From: an uncultured Brevundimonas sp. | GTDB lineage: Bacteria > Pseudomonadota > Alphaproteobacteria > Caulobacterales > Caulobacteraceae | Assembly: GCA_964527675.1 (NCBI GenBank) | Contig: CAZGPS010000001.1 | Coordinates: 1-52,665 of the forward strand | Direction of reading: 5' to 3' | Length of the DNA stretch: 52,665 nucleotides | Shown: positions 17,451 to 27,152 of the stretch, piece after piece | How positions within the stretch are numbered: position 1 is the stretch's first letter | Layout of the letters: each line of letters starts with the position of its first letter | The notes under the pieces: generated by a model | Databases searched by the model: none | Seen by the model: the letters and a program-made list of their open reading frames with translations, nothing else | What the model was told of the DNA's origin: nothing | Translations under genes and position numbers: made by a program

Positions 17451-18442
17451 CCGACTTCCGGTCATCGCGCGGGTTCGATGAGGTGCTGCGGCCGCCCGTC
17501 GATATCCGTCGCGCCCGGATCACGCCCGCGGTGCTGCGGCCGGCTCGCGGAGGCGGTGGCGATCCGTCCGCCCGGTTCGCGCGGGTGGCGCGGCGCGCAC
17601 CGGAGGTGATGGTGAAGATCACCGGCCGGACCCGGGACGGCGCCCACCTGAAAGCGCACCTGGACTACATCAGCCGCAACGGCGCCCTGGCGCTGGAGGG
17701 CCCCGATGCGGAGCGGCTGGAAGGCCGTGGACAGGTGCGGGATCTGGCGCGCGACTGGGCCGAGGAGTTTGCGTTTGAGCCGGGACGCAGACGGGACGCA
17801 TCGATCAGCCTGTCGATCATCCTGAGCATGCCGGCCGGAACCGACGCCGTCCGCCTGCATGACGCGGCGCGGGCCTTCGCGGCCGAGACCTTCGGCGAAC
17901 GCTTTCCCTATGTCTTCGCACTGCATGATGAAGGCCGGCACCCGCATGTCCATCTGACGGTGCGAAGGCTCGGGCAGGACGGCGAACGGCTCAATCCGCG
18001 CAAGGCGGACCTGCAGGCCTGGCGGGAAGGGTTCGCGCGCGCGCTTCGCGACCGGGCCATCGAAGCCGAGGCGACCCCGCGCCGGGCGCGGGGCGTGACC
18101 CGCAAGGCCGAACGCATCCCGGTGCGCAAGATGCGAGAACGGTTCGCCGCGGGGCAGGGGCCTTTGCCTGCGGTGCTCGCCGTCGCCTATCGGGCGGCGC
18201 TCACCACGGACGGAGGCGAAGCGCCGTGGCTGGAGGCGATCCGTACGCGCGAGTTGGCTATCCGGCGCGTCCTGGTGGCCGAGGCCCTGCGTCTATCGCG
18301 ATCGGAGCGGGCCGGGGACCGCGCCCTTGCCGCTTTGGTGGAGCGGTTCGTGCGGGAGCGGCCGTCGCCGATGACGCGGGATCAGGCGCTGCGACAGAGA
18401 GCCGAGACACAGCGCGACCCTGGCCGGACCCGTGAGCGTTAG
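17447..18442 (+). CDS. virD2: VirD2-like MOBP relaxase
   Basis: GTG overlaps the mobC stop; EVMVKITG, HLDYISRNG (catalytic Tyr), IILSMP, HDEGRHPHVHL (3H motif). Confidence 0.9.
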   Translation: MTDFRSSRGFDEVLRPPVDIRRARITPAVLRPARGGGGDPSARFARVARRAPEVMVKITGRTRDGAHLKAHLDYISRNGALALEGPDAERLEGRGQVRDLARDWAEEFAFEPGRRRDASISLSIILSMPAGTDAVRLHDAARAFAAETFGERFPYVFALHDEGRHPHVHLTVRRLGQDGERLNPRKADLQAWREGFARALRDRAIEAEATPRRARGVTRKAERIPVRKMRERFAAGQGPLPAVLAVAYRAALTTDGGEAPWLEAIRTRELAIRRVLVAEALRLSRSERAGDRALAALVERFVRERPSPMTRDQALRQRAETQRDPGRTRER

Positions 18443-18480
18443 GTGGTCCTTCATTGTCCTCGCCGCCGTCGTGTTTGCGA

Positions 18481-18512
18481 AGTGTCAGAAGTTATCCTAT
18501 ATTTCTGACACT
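18481..18512. promoter_or_regulatory. Inverted-repeat operator upstream of the AbiEi-like gene
   Basis: AGTGTCAGAA-N12-TTCTGACACT, ending 9 nt before the ATG. Confidence 0.65.
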
Positions 18513-18521
18513 GAGGTTGTC

Positions 18522-19115
18522 ATGCAAGTACTCGCCGATCAGATCATGGAGCGCGCCTCGACGCTGCCGGAAGGCGCGCCGATCGCCGCCAAGTCGTTGC
18601 TGCACCTGGGCACGCGCGCGGCGGTGGACCAGGCCCTGTCGCGGCTGGTTCGCCGGGGCCGGCTCATGCGCGCCGGTCGCGGCGTCTACATGCGCCCTCT
18701 GGAAAGCCGCTTCGGCTCCCGCACGCCGTCGGTCGAGAAGGTGGTCCGCGCCGTAAGCGAGCAGCGCGGCGAGGTCGTCGCCTCCAATGGCGCTGCGGCG
18801 GCCAACGCCCTGGGCCTGACCACCCAGGTGCCGATCCGCATGGTCTATCTGACCAACGGGAGGAGCCGCACCTTCAGTGTCGGCAAGCAGACGGTGGAGT
18901 TCCAGCACGCGCCCGCATGGCAACTGCTCCTGGCCGATCGTCCGGCCGGCGAGGCGGTTCGCGCCCTGGCCTGGCTGGGGCCGGACAAGGCCGGAATGGC
19001 GCTCGAAACCCTGAAGCGAAAGCTGGGGCCCTCGGCGTTCGGCGAACTCGTGTCCGTCGGGCCGCGTCTACCGACCTGGCTGGCGCGCTCGGTTAGCCAG
19101 GCGGCGCATGTCTGA
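18522..19115 (+). CDS. DUF6088 / AbiEi-like type IV antitoxin
   Basis: LHLGTRAAVDQALSRL, RGVY, AANALGLTTQVP, YLTNG motifs. Confidence 0.8.
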   Translation: MQVLADQIMERASTLPEGAPIAAKSLLHLGTRAAVDQALSRLVRRGRLMRAGRGVYMRPLESRFGSRTPSVEKVVRAVSEQRGEVVASNGAAAANALGLTTQVPIRMVYLTNGRSRTFSVGKQTVEFQHAPAWQLLLADRPAGEAVRALAWLGPDKAGMALETLKRKLGPSAFGELVSVGPRLPTWLARSVSQAAHV

Positions 19116-19199
19116 TGTCTTCTCCACAGAGGACCGGTAACGCCTGCCTTCGATGAGCGGGGCCAAGGGATACGCGAGGTTTGGGCTCCGGCGGCCGAC

Positions 19200-19300
19200 C
19201 ATACGGTTTTCCGCGTAGGATGGGTTTATCCGTATTTTCGTATTTTCTACCTGTATACGTATAAGCGTATATTGACAAATGATGCGGATTTTCGTATATC
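19200..19300 (+). promoter_or_regulatory. hipBA promoter with tandem HipB-like operators
   Basis: TTGACA 19272-19277, 17-nt spacer, TATATC; 18-bp boxes at 19227, 19254 (TATAC-N8-GTATA) and 19281, plus a weak one at 19200. Confidence 0.65.
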
Positions 19301-19320
19301 GCGGCTGAAGGAGTTTTCAC

Positions 19321-19566
19321 ATGGAGCCCATCGTCCGAAGCGAAAAGCAGCTTGCCGCGGCCATTCGACGTTTCCGAAGACTGGCGGATATGACCCAAGG
19401 CGACCTCGCGACCAAGGCGAGCAAACGTCAGGCGACCATATCCAATCTGGAAAGCGGCTCCGGCACGCTTGAAACCCTATTCGCCGCTCTCGGCGCGCTC
19501 GAGCTGGAAATCGTCGTGCGGCGCAGAAGCCGGGGCCGGGCGCCCGATATGGGAGACCTGTTCTGA
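19321..19566 (+). CDS. hipB: HipB antitoxin (XRE HTH)
   Basis: IRRFRRLADMTQGDLA..RQATISNLESG; directly upstream of hipA. Confidence 0.88.
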   Translation: MEPIVRSEKQLAAAIRRFRRLADMTQGDLATKASKRQATISNLESGSGTLETLFAALGALELEIVVRRRSRGRAPDMGDLF

Positions 19567-20912
19567 TGGCCCGGAGACGAGGCAATGCCCCTCTCCTGGT
19601 CTATCTCAACGGCAGGCTCGTCGGTCGCCTTCGCCGTGAGACCAGCGGAGCCATCGACTTTCAATACGATCCCTCCTGGCTGGCTTGGGAAAACGCGATC
19701 CCGGCGTCGCTTTCGCTGCCGCTTCGCGAGGATCGCTACATCGGGGCTCCCGTCGTCGCCGTTTTCGACAACCTCCTTCCCGACAATGAGAAGATCCGGG
19801 GTCGGGTCGCCGCGCGCGTCGGCGCCGACGGAATCGACGCCTACAGCCTCCTGGCCGCCATCGGTCGCGACTGCGTGGGCGCCCTGCAATTTCTTCCCGA
19901 AGGCAGCGATCCGCCCCGGCCCGGCGAGATTGAGGGTGAGCCCGTCAGCGACCGCGCCATTGCGAAAATCCTGGATGATCTGACCGCCAATCCCTTGGGT
20001 ATCGACGACAGCGAACACTTCCGGATCTCACTCGCCGGCGTCCAGGACAAGACCGCCTTCCTGCGTCATGACGGCCAGTGGCTGAAGCCGGGCGGCGCCA
20101 CGCCGACCACCCACATCTTCAAGCCGCAGATCGGCAAGGCGCCAGGCAGCGCCATCGATTTTTCCAACAGCGTCGAAAACGAATATCTCTGCCTGACCTT
20201 CCTGCGTGCGCTAGGCTTCGACACCGCGAACGTCGAGATTCAGACCTTCGGCCGCAAGCGGGTTCTCGTGGTTGAAAGATTTGACCGGACCTACGCCCGG
20301 GACGGACGGCTGTTGCGTCAGCCCCAGGAGGACTTCTGCCAGGCGCTCTCCGTGCCCTGGGCGACGAAGTACGAAAATGACGGCGGACCCGGGATCATCG
20401 ACTGTCTCGACCTCTTAGGGGCGAGTGACGAGGTCACCCTGGACCGTCAAGCCTTCCTGAAAGCGGTCGTCGCCTTCTGGCTGCTCGGCGCGACCGACGG
20501 GCACGCCAAGAACTTCAGCGTCTTTCTGTACCCGGGCGGCGGTTTCCGCCTTACGCCCCTCTATGACGTCCTTTCGGTGCAGCCCGTGATCGACGCCCGA
20601 GAATTGACCCACAACCGCTACCGCATGGCGATGGCCGTCGGTGATCGCCGACACTACCGGGTTGAGAGCATCATGCCCCGGCACTTCTATCAGACCGGAG
20701 CAAGGGCGGGCCTGGATGAAGGGACCATTCGCGGACTGTTCGCCCAATTCGTCGCTGACGCCCCCGAGGCGATCCGGGTGACCAAGGCCGGCCTGCCGCG
20801 CGGGTTCCCCAAGGATCTGGCCAACTCGATCTTCGCCGGGTTCAACAGCCGTCTGCGGTTGCTGGAACTGGAACTGGGCCGGTTCGCGGACGCTGGCGAG
20901 GACGAGGAATAG
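19566..20912 (+). CDS. hipA: HipA Ser/Thr kinase toxin
   Basis: SLSLPL, FDNLLPD, GRDCVGAL, RISLAGVQDK, THIFKP, VERFDR, QEDFCQ, TDGHAKNFS, PLYDV. Confidence 0.93.
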   Translation: MARRRGNAPLLVYLNGRLVGRLRRETSGAIDFQYDPSWLAWENAIPASLSLPLREDRYIGAPVVAVFDNLLPDNEKIRGRVAARVGADGIDAYSLLAAIGRDCVGALQFLPEGSDPPRPGEIEGEPVSDRAIAKILDDLTANPLGIDDSEHFRISLAGVQDKTAFLRHDGQWLKPGGATPTTHIFKPQIGKAPGSAIDFSNSVENEYLCLTFLRALGFDTANVEIQTFGRKRVLVVERFDRTYARDGRLLRQPQEDFCQALSVPWATKYENDGGPGIIDCLDLLGASDEVTLDRQAFLKAVVAFWLLGATDGHAKNFSVFLYPGGGFRLTPLYDVLSVQPVIDARELTHNRYRMAMAVGDRRHYRVESIMPRHFYQTGARAGLDEGTIRGLFAQFVADAPEAIRVTKAGLPRGFPKDLANSIFAGFNSRLRLLELELGRFADAGEDEE

Positions 20913-20933
20913 AACATCCGTCAGGTGGCGCCG

Positions 20934-21539
20934 CTAGCGCTGCCGGTCGCGTCCCCGGGCTGGTTCGCGCTCCGTCGGGCGAGGGCGGCCCGCGCGCGCC
21001 CAAGCGGCCTCGAGCAGGCGCGTCTGGATCGCGGGATCGGGGACCAACCGGGCCACCACGATGGCTGCTTTCGCCAAACGCTCGGCGAACGCGTCGTGCG
21101 CCTTCGAGGGTTCGGCGTCTCGCCGGGGCGATGGACGATCGAGGCCGGCGGCCTGCCGATCGCGCTCGCGCGGTCGATGGCCCTGCACCTCCATCCCCAG
21201 AGCCTGGGCCTGAATCCAGACCTCGCGACGGAAGGCCGGATCGCCGGACACCCGAACCTGGTCCCAGCCGCGATGGCGGGCGATCTTGAGCATGTCGATG
21301 ACGGCGTCCGGATAGGCCTGGTTTGAGACGAGCGAGCCGCCGCGGTCGCGGAACATCGGCTCGGCCGCGCGATGATCGCGAAAGAAGCGTTCCGGCCGGC
21401 CCCGGAGGTCGCGCTCGACCAGATAGCGATCGAGCACCGCCTCGGGCACGTCGCCCTTGGCGGTTGAGCGGCGCGACCCGGCCGGGCCCGGCGCGGGACC
21501 GAGGCGGTTAGACAGCGGGGCGGCGTCAGGCGTCTTCAC
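20934..21539 (-). CDS. LPD7-domain protein
   Basis: FRDRG..L, DMLKIARHRGWDQVRVSGDPAFRREVWIQA; overlaps the virD4 stop. Confidence 0.7.
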   Translation of the reverse strand: MKTPDAAPLSNRLGPAPGPAGSRRSTAKGDVPEAVLDRYLVERDLRGRPERFFRDHRAAEPMFRDRGGSLVSNQAYPDAVIDMLKIARHRGWDQVRVSGDPAFRREVWIQAQALGMEVQGHRPRERDRQAAGLDRPSPRRDAEPSKAHDAFAERLAKAAIVVARLVPDPAIQTRLLEAAWARAGRPRPTEREPARGRDRQR

Positions 21540-23353
21540 GGTTCGCGCTCCAGCACGGCCGTATCGACGACCCGGTCCAGCCAGGCGCCGACGGCGTCTT
21601 CATCCGCCCCTACCTCAGGCGGCGGCAGGCCTTCGGCGGCGAAGGCGCGCGCGATGACGTCGAAATCCATGGGATCCTCCTCCAGAGCGGGGGGCGATGC
21701 CGGCGCGGCGACCGGCGCCAGATCGGGGGCGGGCCGCAGTCGGCGGTGGAAGGCGCGCTCCCGGAAATAGGCGATCTTCCGGCCCCGGACCGGGGGCAGG
21801 CCGGCCTTCAGCACGATCAAGGCGGTCTGCGGCAACTGCATCAGTTCCTGGGGCAGCATCAGAGCCCGACGCTGGTCGGAGACCGTCGTGCTGCGCCGAC
21901 CCGCGCTGAGTCCCGTCGGTCGGCTGCGGCTGCGGCCGTCCGTCGTATAGGCGCCGAGCCGATCGCTGAGCTCCTGGGCGATCTTGAGCTCCTTGGGCGC
22001 AAAGACGATCTCGACCCCGCAGTTGGTCATCACCTCCTCGGCCACGTCCGGGCCGTAGATCGCCCTCAGCTGCGAAGGGCTCTGAAGCACCGCCAGCAGC
22101 CGCAGCCCGTAGCCGGCGACCCAGGCGAAGGCGTGGGCCAGGACCGGCGCCGGTCCGAGACGGGCGAACTCGTCGAGGACGATCAGGGCGGGACGGTCGG
22201 CGGGACCGGGCAGGGCGCGGCTGTTCAGATCGACCAACTGCTGGAAGAGCAGGGCGTAGAGGGGCTGGATCCGCAGCATGTTGTCCGGCGTGGCGCCCAG
22301 ATAGAGGGAGAGCCGGCCGCCGCGGAGATCGCGCAGGTCGAAATCGGACGCGGCGGTGGCGGCGTCGACCCGTGGGTTGAGCCACAGCCCCATCCGGGTG
22401 GTGATCGACTGGCGCACCGAGGCGAAGGTGTTCTCGCTGGAACTGGTGAAGTCGGTGAGCGCGGCCACGACCGGTCCGGGCAGGGGGCGACCCTCCCGAT
22501 CCCGGGCCGCGACGATCCGGGGCAGCCGCGCGCGGGCGTCGCCGGCGGTGAGCTGGCGGAAGATCTCGCCAAGGGTGAAGGGGCGTTCGGGCGTGGCCGC
22601 GACATAGCCGCCGACGCCGATGAAGCCGGTCCGCGCCGCCTCGGCCCAGAAGGGGTCGGCCCGTTCGTGGACCGGGAACAGCATCACCGCCATGCGCTGC
22701 AACTCGTCGAGCACCGCGATGGGGTCCGCGCGATCAACATGGCCCAGCGGGTTGAAGCGCGCCGTGCGGCCGTCCCGCGCCAGGGGGTCGAACAGATGCA
22801 CCGTCTGGCCGGCCTCGGCGCGATAGCCCGCCGTGGCGAGGAAATTCTCGCGCTTGATGTCCAGCACGACCACGGAGTCCGGCCAGGCCAGCAGATTGGG
22901 GATGACGACGCCGACGCCCTTGCCGGTGCGGGTAGGGGCGTACAGCATGACGTGTTCGGGACCGTCGGCGATGAGGAAACCGCCGTCGGCACGCCCCAGG
23001 ACGACGCCGCGGTGCGCCCGCAGCCCCGCGCGTCGCTGTTCCGACCCCGAGGCCCAGCGAGCGGCGCCGTGCAGGGGCCGGCGCCGCGTGAGCAGGACGG
23101 CCGCGACGAGAACCGCGCCGACCAGGGCCGAAACCGAGACCCCGACGGTCAGCCAGCGGCGCACCTCGGGATCCTGGCGATAATACCAGAGCCAGGCCGG
23201 AACCCGGGCCCAGTCGATGGCTTCGGCGAACTGGCCCAGACCGACCAGGGCGATGAGGATAGCGAGGACGGCCAGAAGGCTCGAGGCGACCAGGCCGCCG
23301 AGGGCCACCGCCGCGGCCCTAGCCCCCGGGCTGGCGCTTGCGAACCGGGTCAT
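21536..23353 (-). CDS. virD4: Type IV coupling protein VirD4/TraG
   Basis: HGAARWA, APTRTGKGVG (Walker A), LDEF, QSPSQL..IYG. Confidence 0.93.
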   Translation of the reverse strand: MTRFASASPGARAAAVALGGLVASSLLAVLAILIALVGLGQFAEAIDWARVPAWLWYYRQDPEVRRWLTVGVSVSALVGAVLVAAVLLTRRRPLHGAARWASGSEQRRAGLRAHRGVVLGRADGGFLIADGPEHVMLYAPTRTGKGVGVVIPNLLAWPDSVVVLDIKRENFLATAGYRAEAGQTVHLFDPLARDGRTARFNPLGHVDRADPIAVLDELQRMAVMLFPVHERADPFWAEAARTGFIGVGGYVAATPERPFTLGEIFRQLTAGDARARLPRIVAARDREGRPLPGPVVAALTDFTSSSENTFASVRQSITTRMGLWLNPRVDAATAASDFDLRDLRGGRLSLYLGATPDNMLRIQPLYALLFQQLVDLNSRALPGPADRPALIVLDEFARLGPAPVLAHAFAWVAGYGLRLLAVLQSPSQLRAIYGPDVAEEVMTNCGVEIVFAPKELKIAQELSDRLGAYTTDGRSRSRPTGLSAGRRSTTVSDQRRALMLPQELMQLPQTALIVLKAGLPPVRGRKIAYFRERAFHRRLRPAPDLAPVAAPASPPALEEDPMDFDVIARAFAAEGLPPPEVGADEDAVGAWLDRVVDTAVLEREP

Positions 23354-24326
23354 GCCAGACCTCCGTCACGCGGAAGCGCCCGTCGACCTTCTTCATCTGG
23401 ATGACGACGTCGACGAGCAGATGGAGCAGGGCGCGGATGTCTTCGCGCGGCAGGTCGCGCCCGCCTTCGGACTCCCGCACCAGCAGGGTGAGCTGTTCGA
23501 AGGCCAGTGCGGCGGAATCCGCATGCACCGTCGTGATCGAGCCGGGGTGACCGGAATTGACGTTGCGCAGGTAGAAGAAGGCGGTGCCGTCGCGGAGCTC
23601 CTGCAGCAGGATGCGGTCCGGCCGCATGCGCAGGGCGCTTTCCAGAAGCTGTTTGGGGCCGATCCGGGCCAGACCCTGTCCGTCCTTGGAATAGACGAGG
23701 TGGACGACATTGCGGTGCGGGACCACGAACTCGCGGGTGTCCTCGATCGTCAGCAGGCGCTCGTGATCCGGGATCAGCTCGATCAAGCCCTTGGCCAGGG
23801 TGGTCTTGCCAGAGCCGGTCGCGCCGGAGATCAGGATGTTGCGCCGGGCCGCGACTGCCAGGGTCAGAAACCCCGGCCAGTCCCCGGCCTGGCGCAGCCG
23901 CACCAGTTCGGCGTCGGCGGGGTCCGCGGCCTCCGCTTGGGCGTCGGCGACTTCATCGAACAGGCCGGCCGCCGCGAACTCCTTTAAGCCCATTCGGCGT
24001 CGCGACGGCTTTCTCAGGGTCAGGGACAGACCTCCGTCGGCGGCGACCGGCGGCAGCACGATCTGACAGCGAATGTCGCCGGGCAGGGTGGTGGAGCAGA
24101 TGGGCTGTTCGGGACCGACATCCTGACGGGTGTAGGCGGCGGCCGCCACGGCCAGGGTGCGAAGCCAGGCCTCGGTCAGCTCCGGCGCTTCGGTCCAGCG
24201 CCAGGCGCCGTCCGCCTCGACCCCGACCTCGCCCGGCCGGTTTATGACGACCTCGGTCACGGCCGCCGGCTCCAGGAAGGGCCGCAGCGGCGCGAGGTAG
24301 TGATCCAGGACCGAGGTGTCGTCCAT
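23319..24326 (-). CDS. virB11: VirB11 ATPase
   Basis: EVVINRPGE, GATGSGKTT, IEDTRE, LRMRPDRI, SGHPGSITTVHA. Confidence 0.93.
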   Translation of the reverse strand: MDDTSVLDHYLAPLRPFLEPAAVTEVVINRPGEVGVEADGAWRWTEAPELTEAWLRTLAVAAAAYTRQDVGPEQPICSTTLPGDIRCQIVLPPVAADGGLSLTLRKPSRRRMGLKEFAAAGLFDEVADAQAEAADPADAELVRLRQAGDWPGFLTLAVAARRNILISGATGSGKTTLAKGLIELIPDHERLLTIEDTREFVVPHRNVVHLVYSKDGQGLARIGPKQLLESALRMRPDRILLQELRDGTAFFYLRNVNSGHPGSITTVHADSAALAFEQLTLLVRESEGGRDLPREDIRALLHLLVDVVIQMKKVDGRFRVTEVWHDPVRKRQPGG

Positions 24327-25456
24327 CAGCGCGACCGCAGCTGGTAGACCCCGGCGAAATCCAGGTCCTGGGCCACGAAGATCGACACCTCGGCGCCCTG
24401 ACCCTTGCGCAGCGTCGGCGGGATGTCGACCGAACCCTGCAGGGCGACGGCCGCGGCGTCTGACGGCAGGCGCGCCGTGGCGGAGCCGCCGTCGCCCTGA
24501 CCGGCGGCGGCGTAGACGCCGTCGTCGACGATGGAGAGCAACAGGGCGCCGCCGAACCGGTCCCAGAACCGGGTGTCGACGACGCCGTCGAATCCGGAGC
24601 GTCCGAGCGCGTCGGCCGCCGGAGAGGCGAGGGCGACGGCGACCCCGGTCGGCGTCACCGCCCGGGTCCACAGGACGAACAGCCGGCGCCGGCCCTGCTG
24701 CAGGCCGCCGCGATACTCGCCCAGGACCCGGGTGCCGCGCTCCATCAGCACCACGGCCCCGTTGTCGGACCAGGCGTCACGCGGCAGGACGCAGGTCACA
24801 TAGCCGGGCGTGGTGCTGTCCATGGCGGTCTGCAGGATGCAGGGCACGCTGGTCCCCGCGGTGATCAGCAAGTTGCGGTCCGGCAGGCGGCCGGCGCGCG
24901 CCTGACCGACGGGCGTCACCTGCCGCAACTGGTCGAGCGAGGTCGGGGCGGCCGGCGCGACCGCCGAAGCGTCCGAGGCCGCCGGCGGGACGGATTGGCC
25001 GCCGCCGCCCGCCCTGCTGTAGGCGAGGACGGGCGCGCGCCGGGCGCTTTCGGCCAGGGCGCGCCGCTGTTCCGCGGCCGAAGGACCGGAAGGCGGCGAC
25101 GCCGCGTCCTGGGGATTCGCTTCGAGGGGTGGGACCACCTCTCCGTCGGTCAGAATCGGCGCGTTCGGATCGAGGGCGGCGTCGCTCAGCAGCGGAGGCG
25201 CCTCGCGGCGCGCGGGTTCGAATGGCGCGGTCTGCCGGGGCGGCTCGTCGCGACGCGCCGGCTCGGCGCCGTCTGCGTCGCCCCGATCCCAGCTGGCGAT
25301 CAGGAAGACGCCGCATCCGACGGCCAAGGCGGCCAAGCTGATGACCTTGCCCTGGCGTCCGCCCAACCGTCCGGCGATCGGCGAGACCCCGCGATCGTTC
25401 GCCGTCGGCGGCGGCGCCGGATCATCGGCGGGCGGGGTTTGATCGGGGAGGTTCAT
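24326..25456 (-). CDS. virB10: VirB10
   Basis: N-terminal TM, Pro-rich region, GTSVPCILQTA, RLFVLWTR, DALGRSG, RFGGALLLS. Confidence 0.92.
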   Translation of the reverse strand: MNLPDQTPPADDPAPPPTANDRGVSPIAGRLGGRQGKVISLAALAVGCGVFLIASWDRGDADGAEPARRDEPPRQTAPFEPARREAPPLLSDAALDPNAPILTDGEVVPPLEANPQDAASPPSGPSAAEQRRALAESARRAPVLAYSRAGGGGQSVPPAASDASAVAPAAPTSLDQLRQVTPVGQARAGRLPDRNLLITAGTSVPCILQTAMDSTTPGYVTCVLPRDAWSDNGAVVLMERGTRVLGEYRGGLQQGRRRLFVLWTRAVTPTGVAVALASPAADALGRSGFDGVVDTRFWDRFGGALLLSIVDDGVYAAAGQGDGGSATARLPSDAAAVALQGSVDIPPTLRKGQGAEVSIFVAQDLDFAGVYQLRSR

Positions 25457-26280
25457 GATGCGCTCCCGACCGGCGCGCGATCGACGGCGGGCGAGGCCGT
25501 GCCGGTGCCGAGGCCGAGGCCGCGAGGGTCCCAGGCCTCGTTGAACAGACACAGGACCGAGCGGCCCCGCCTCAGCCGCAACCCCCGGACGACGCCGTGG
25601 ATCACCACGAATTCGCCGCGCACGTCATAGGGCACGAGACGCTCGGACCCGTCCTCCGCGACCTCGAACAGGGCCGGCAGGGCCTGGACGCCGGGGAAGC
25701 GCAGCACGGTGAAGCGGCCGTTGTCGCTGACCTCGCTCGGCTGCAGGGCGGCGTCGCCCTGGGCGGACCAGGCCAGATTGCGGGTCCCCTCGACCACCCC
25801 ACGCTCCAGCTCCAGTCCGATGAGGCGCTGCTCCACGGCCTCGGCCTGGACGGCCAGCGCCCGGGCCGCCTGGGCCTGTTCGTCGGCCGGGTAGCGGAAG
25901 CGGACCTGCCAGGCGACCGCGGTGCGGTCGCTGGCGTCGCGGGCCAGGAGTTCGAAGGCGTAGTGCCGGGTCACGCCGCTGCGCTCGGTGACGACCAGCA
26001 GATTGGTCGCCTGATGACGTTCGCGGGGCTTGAGGAAAAGCACCGACCCTTCCGCGGCCACCTCCCAGGCGACGCTGTCTCCGATCGCGGCGTGACGGAT
26101 GGTCTCCTCGGGCGAGAAGACGATCTGGGTGGCCGTCCGGAACGCCCCGGGGATCCGGTAGACCGCCGCGGGGTCGTAGACGAGTTCGCGGATGCGCGGG
26201 TCCTGCGGGGTCTGCGCCGCGGCCGGGAGGGCCAGGGAGAGGCCGGCGGCCAGCGTCAGGAGGCGAGGGGGGCGTTTCAT
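25453..26280 (-). CDS. virB9: VirB9
   Basis: Signal peptide, DPRIR..YDP, GDSVAW, LFLKP, TNLLVVT, DNGRFT. Confidence 0.9.
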   Translation of the reverse strand: MKRPPRLLTLAAGLSLALPAAAQTPQDPRIRELVYDPAAVYRIPGAFRTATQIVFSPEETIRHAAIGDSVAWEVAAEGSVLFLKPRERHQATNLLVVTERSGVTRHYAFELLARDASDRTAVAWQVRFRYPADEQAQAARALAVQAEAVEQRLIGLELERGVVEGTRNLAWSAQGDAALQPSEVSDNGRFTVLRFPGVQALPALFEVAEDGSERLVPYDVRGEFVVIHGVVRGLRLRRGRSVLCLFNEAWDPRGLGLGTGTASPAVDRAPVGSAS

Positions 26281-26960
26281 CGGATGACCTCCGGATCGGC
26301 GCGGTAGGACGTCACCTGGAAGCCGAGGGGGTTCCTCAGCCGATCCGGTTCGGACATCGGCGCGCGGGTGTAGGTGAAGGCGATGGTGGCGATCCAGTCG
26401 CTCTCCACCGTCTGCTGGGCCTGGCGGACCGTGCGATGGAAGCGGACGTTGGCGACGCCGTCGTTGATGAAGCCGATGGCGCGGATCGAGATGATGGCCT
26501 CGCCGTCGCGGCCGTAGAGGTTCTGCGGACTGGCGGGATTGGAGCCGCGGAACAGATCGGCCCACCGCCGCTGTTCGGCCGGCGCCGACAGGATGGAGAC
26601 CAGCCGGAAGGCGTCCTCTGCGGCCGGATCGAGGTAGCCCTCGCGCTGGCGCACATACTGGCCGAGGAAATATTTGCTGACGGCCTCGTCGTAGCGGACC
26701 GGCCCATCCTCGGCCGAGAGGCCGCGCATGACGTCGACCGCCCCGGTCGCCTGGTCCACCCGGATGACGAAGGGCTCGGTGGACTTCAACGGCGTCAGCA
26801 TCGCCACCGCGCCGGTCGCGATCACCGCCAGCCCCGTAGCCAAGGCGGCGGCCGACCAGGCCAGGCGTCGGGACCGGAGCGCCGAGGCCAGACGGTCCTG
26901 ATCCCAGCGTCGCGCCTCGGTGAAGTAGCGCTTCAGGTCAGGGGAGGGGACGCCGCTCAT
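26277..26960 (-). CDS. virB8: VirB8
   Basis: LTPLKSTEPFVIRVD, YVRQREGY, NPLGFQVTSY. Confidence 0.92.
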   Translation of the reverse strand: MSGVPSPDLKRYFTEARRWDQDRLASALRSRRLAWSAAALATGLAVIATGAVAMLTPLKSTEPFVIRVDQATGAVDVMRGLSAEDGPVRYDEAVSKYFLGQYVRQREGYLDPAAEDAFRLVSILSAPAEQRRWADLFRGSNPASPQNLYGRDGEAIISIRAIGFINDGVANVRFHRTVRQAQQTVESDWIATIAFTYTRAPMSEPDRLRNPLGFQVTSYRADPEVIR

Positions 26961-27151
26961 GCGCAGCCTCCCGTGTCCGAGCTTACGGCCTCGGGGACCG
27001 ATGGGGGTTCGGTCTGCGGCGCGAGCACCGATCCGTGGGGATTGGCGGGCCGCCGGGCCGAGCCGTCGCAGGTCGGCAACGCCGGATCGCCCCGGTGGGC
27101 GCAGGCGCCCAGCAGCATCAGGCCGGCGAACAGGAGGGAGCGATAGGTCAT
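26957..27151 (-). CDS. virB7: VirB7-like lipoprotein
   Basis: Lipobox LGAC; lies between virB6 and virB8. Confidence 0.7.
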   Translation of the reverse strand: MTYRSLLFAGLMLLGACAHRGDPALPTCDGSARRPANPHGSVLAPQTEPPSVPEAVSSDTGGCA

Positions 27152-27152
27152 G

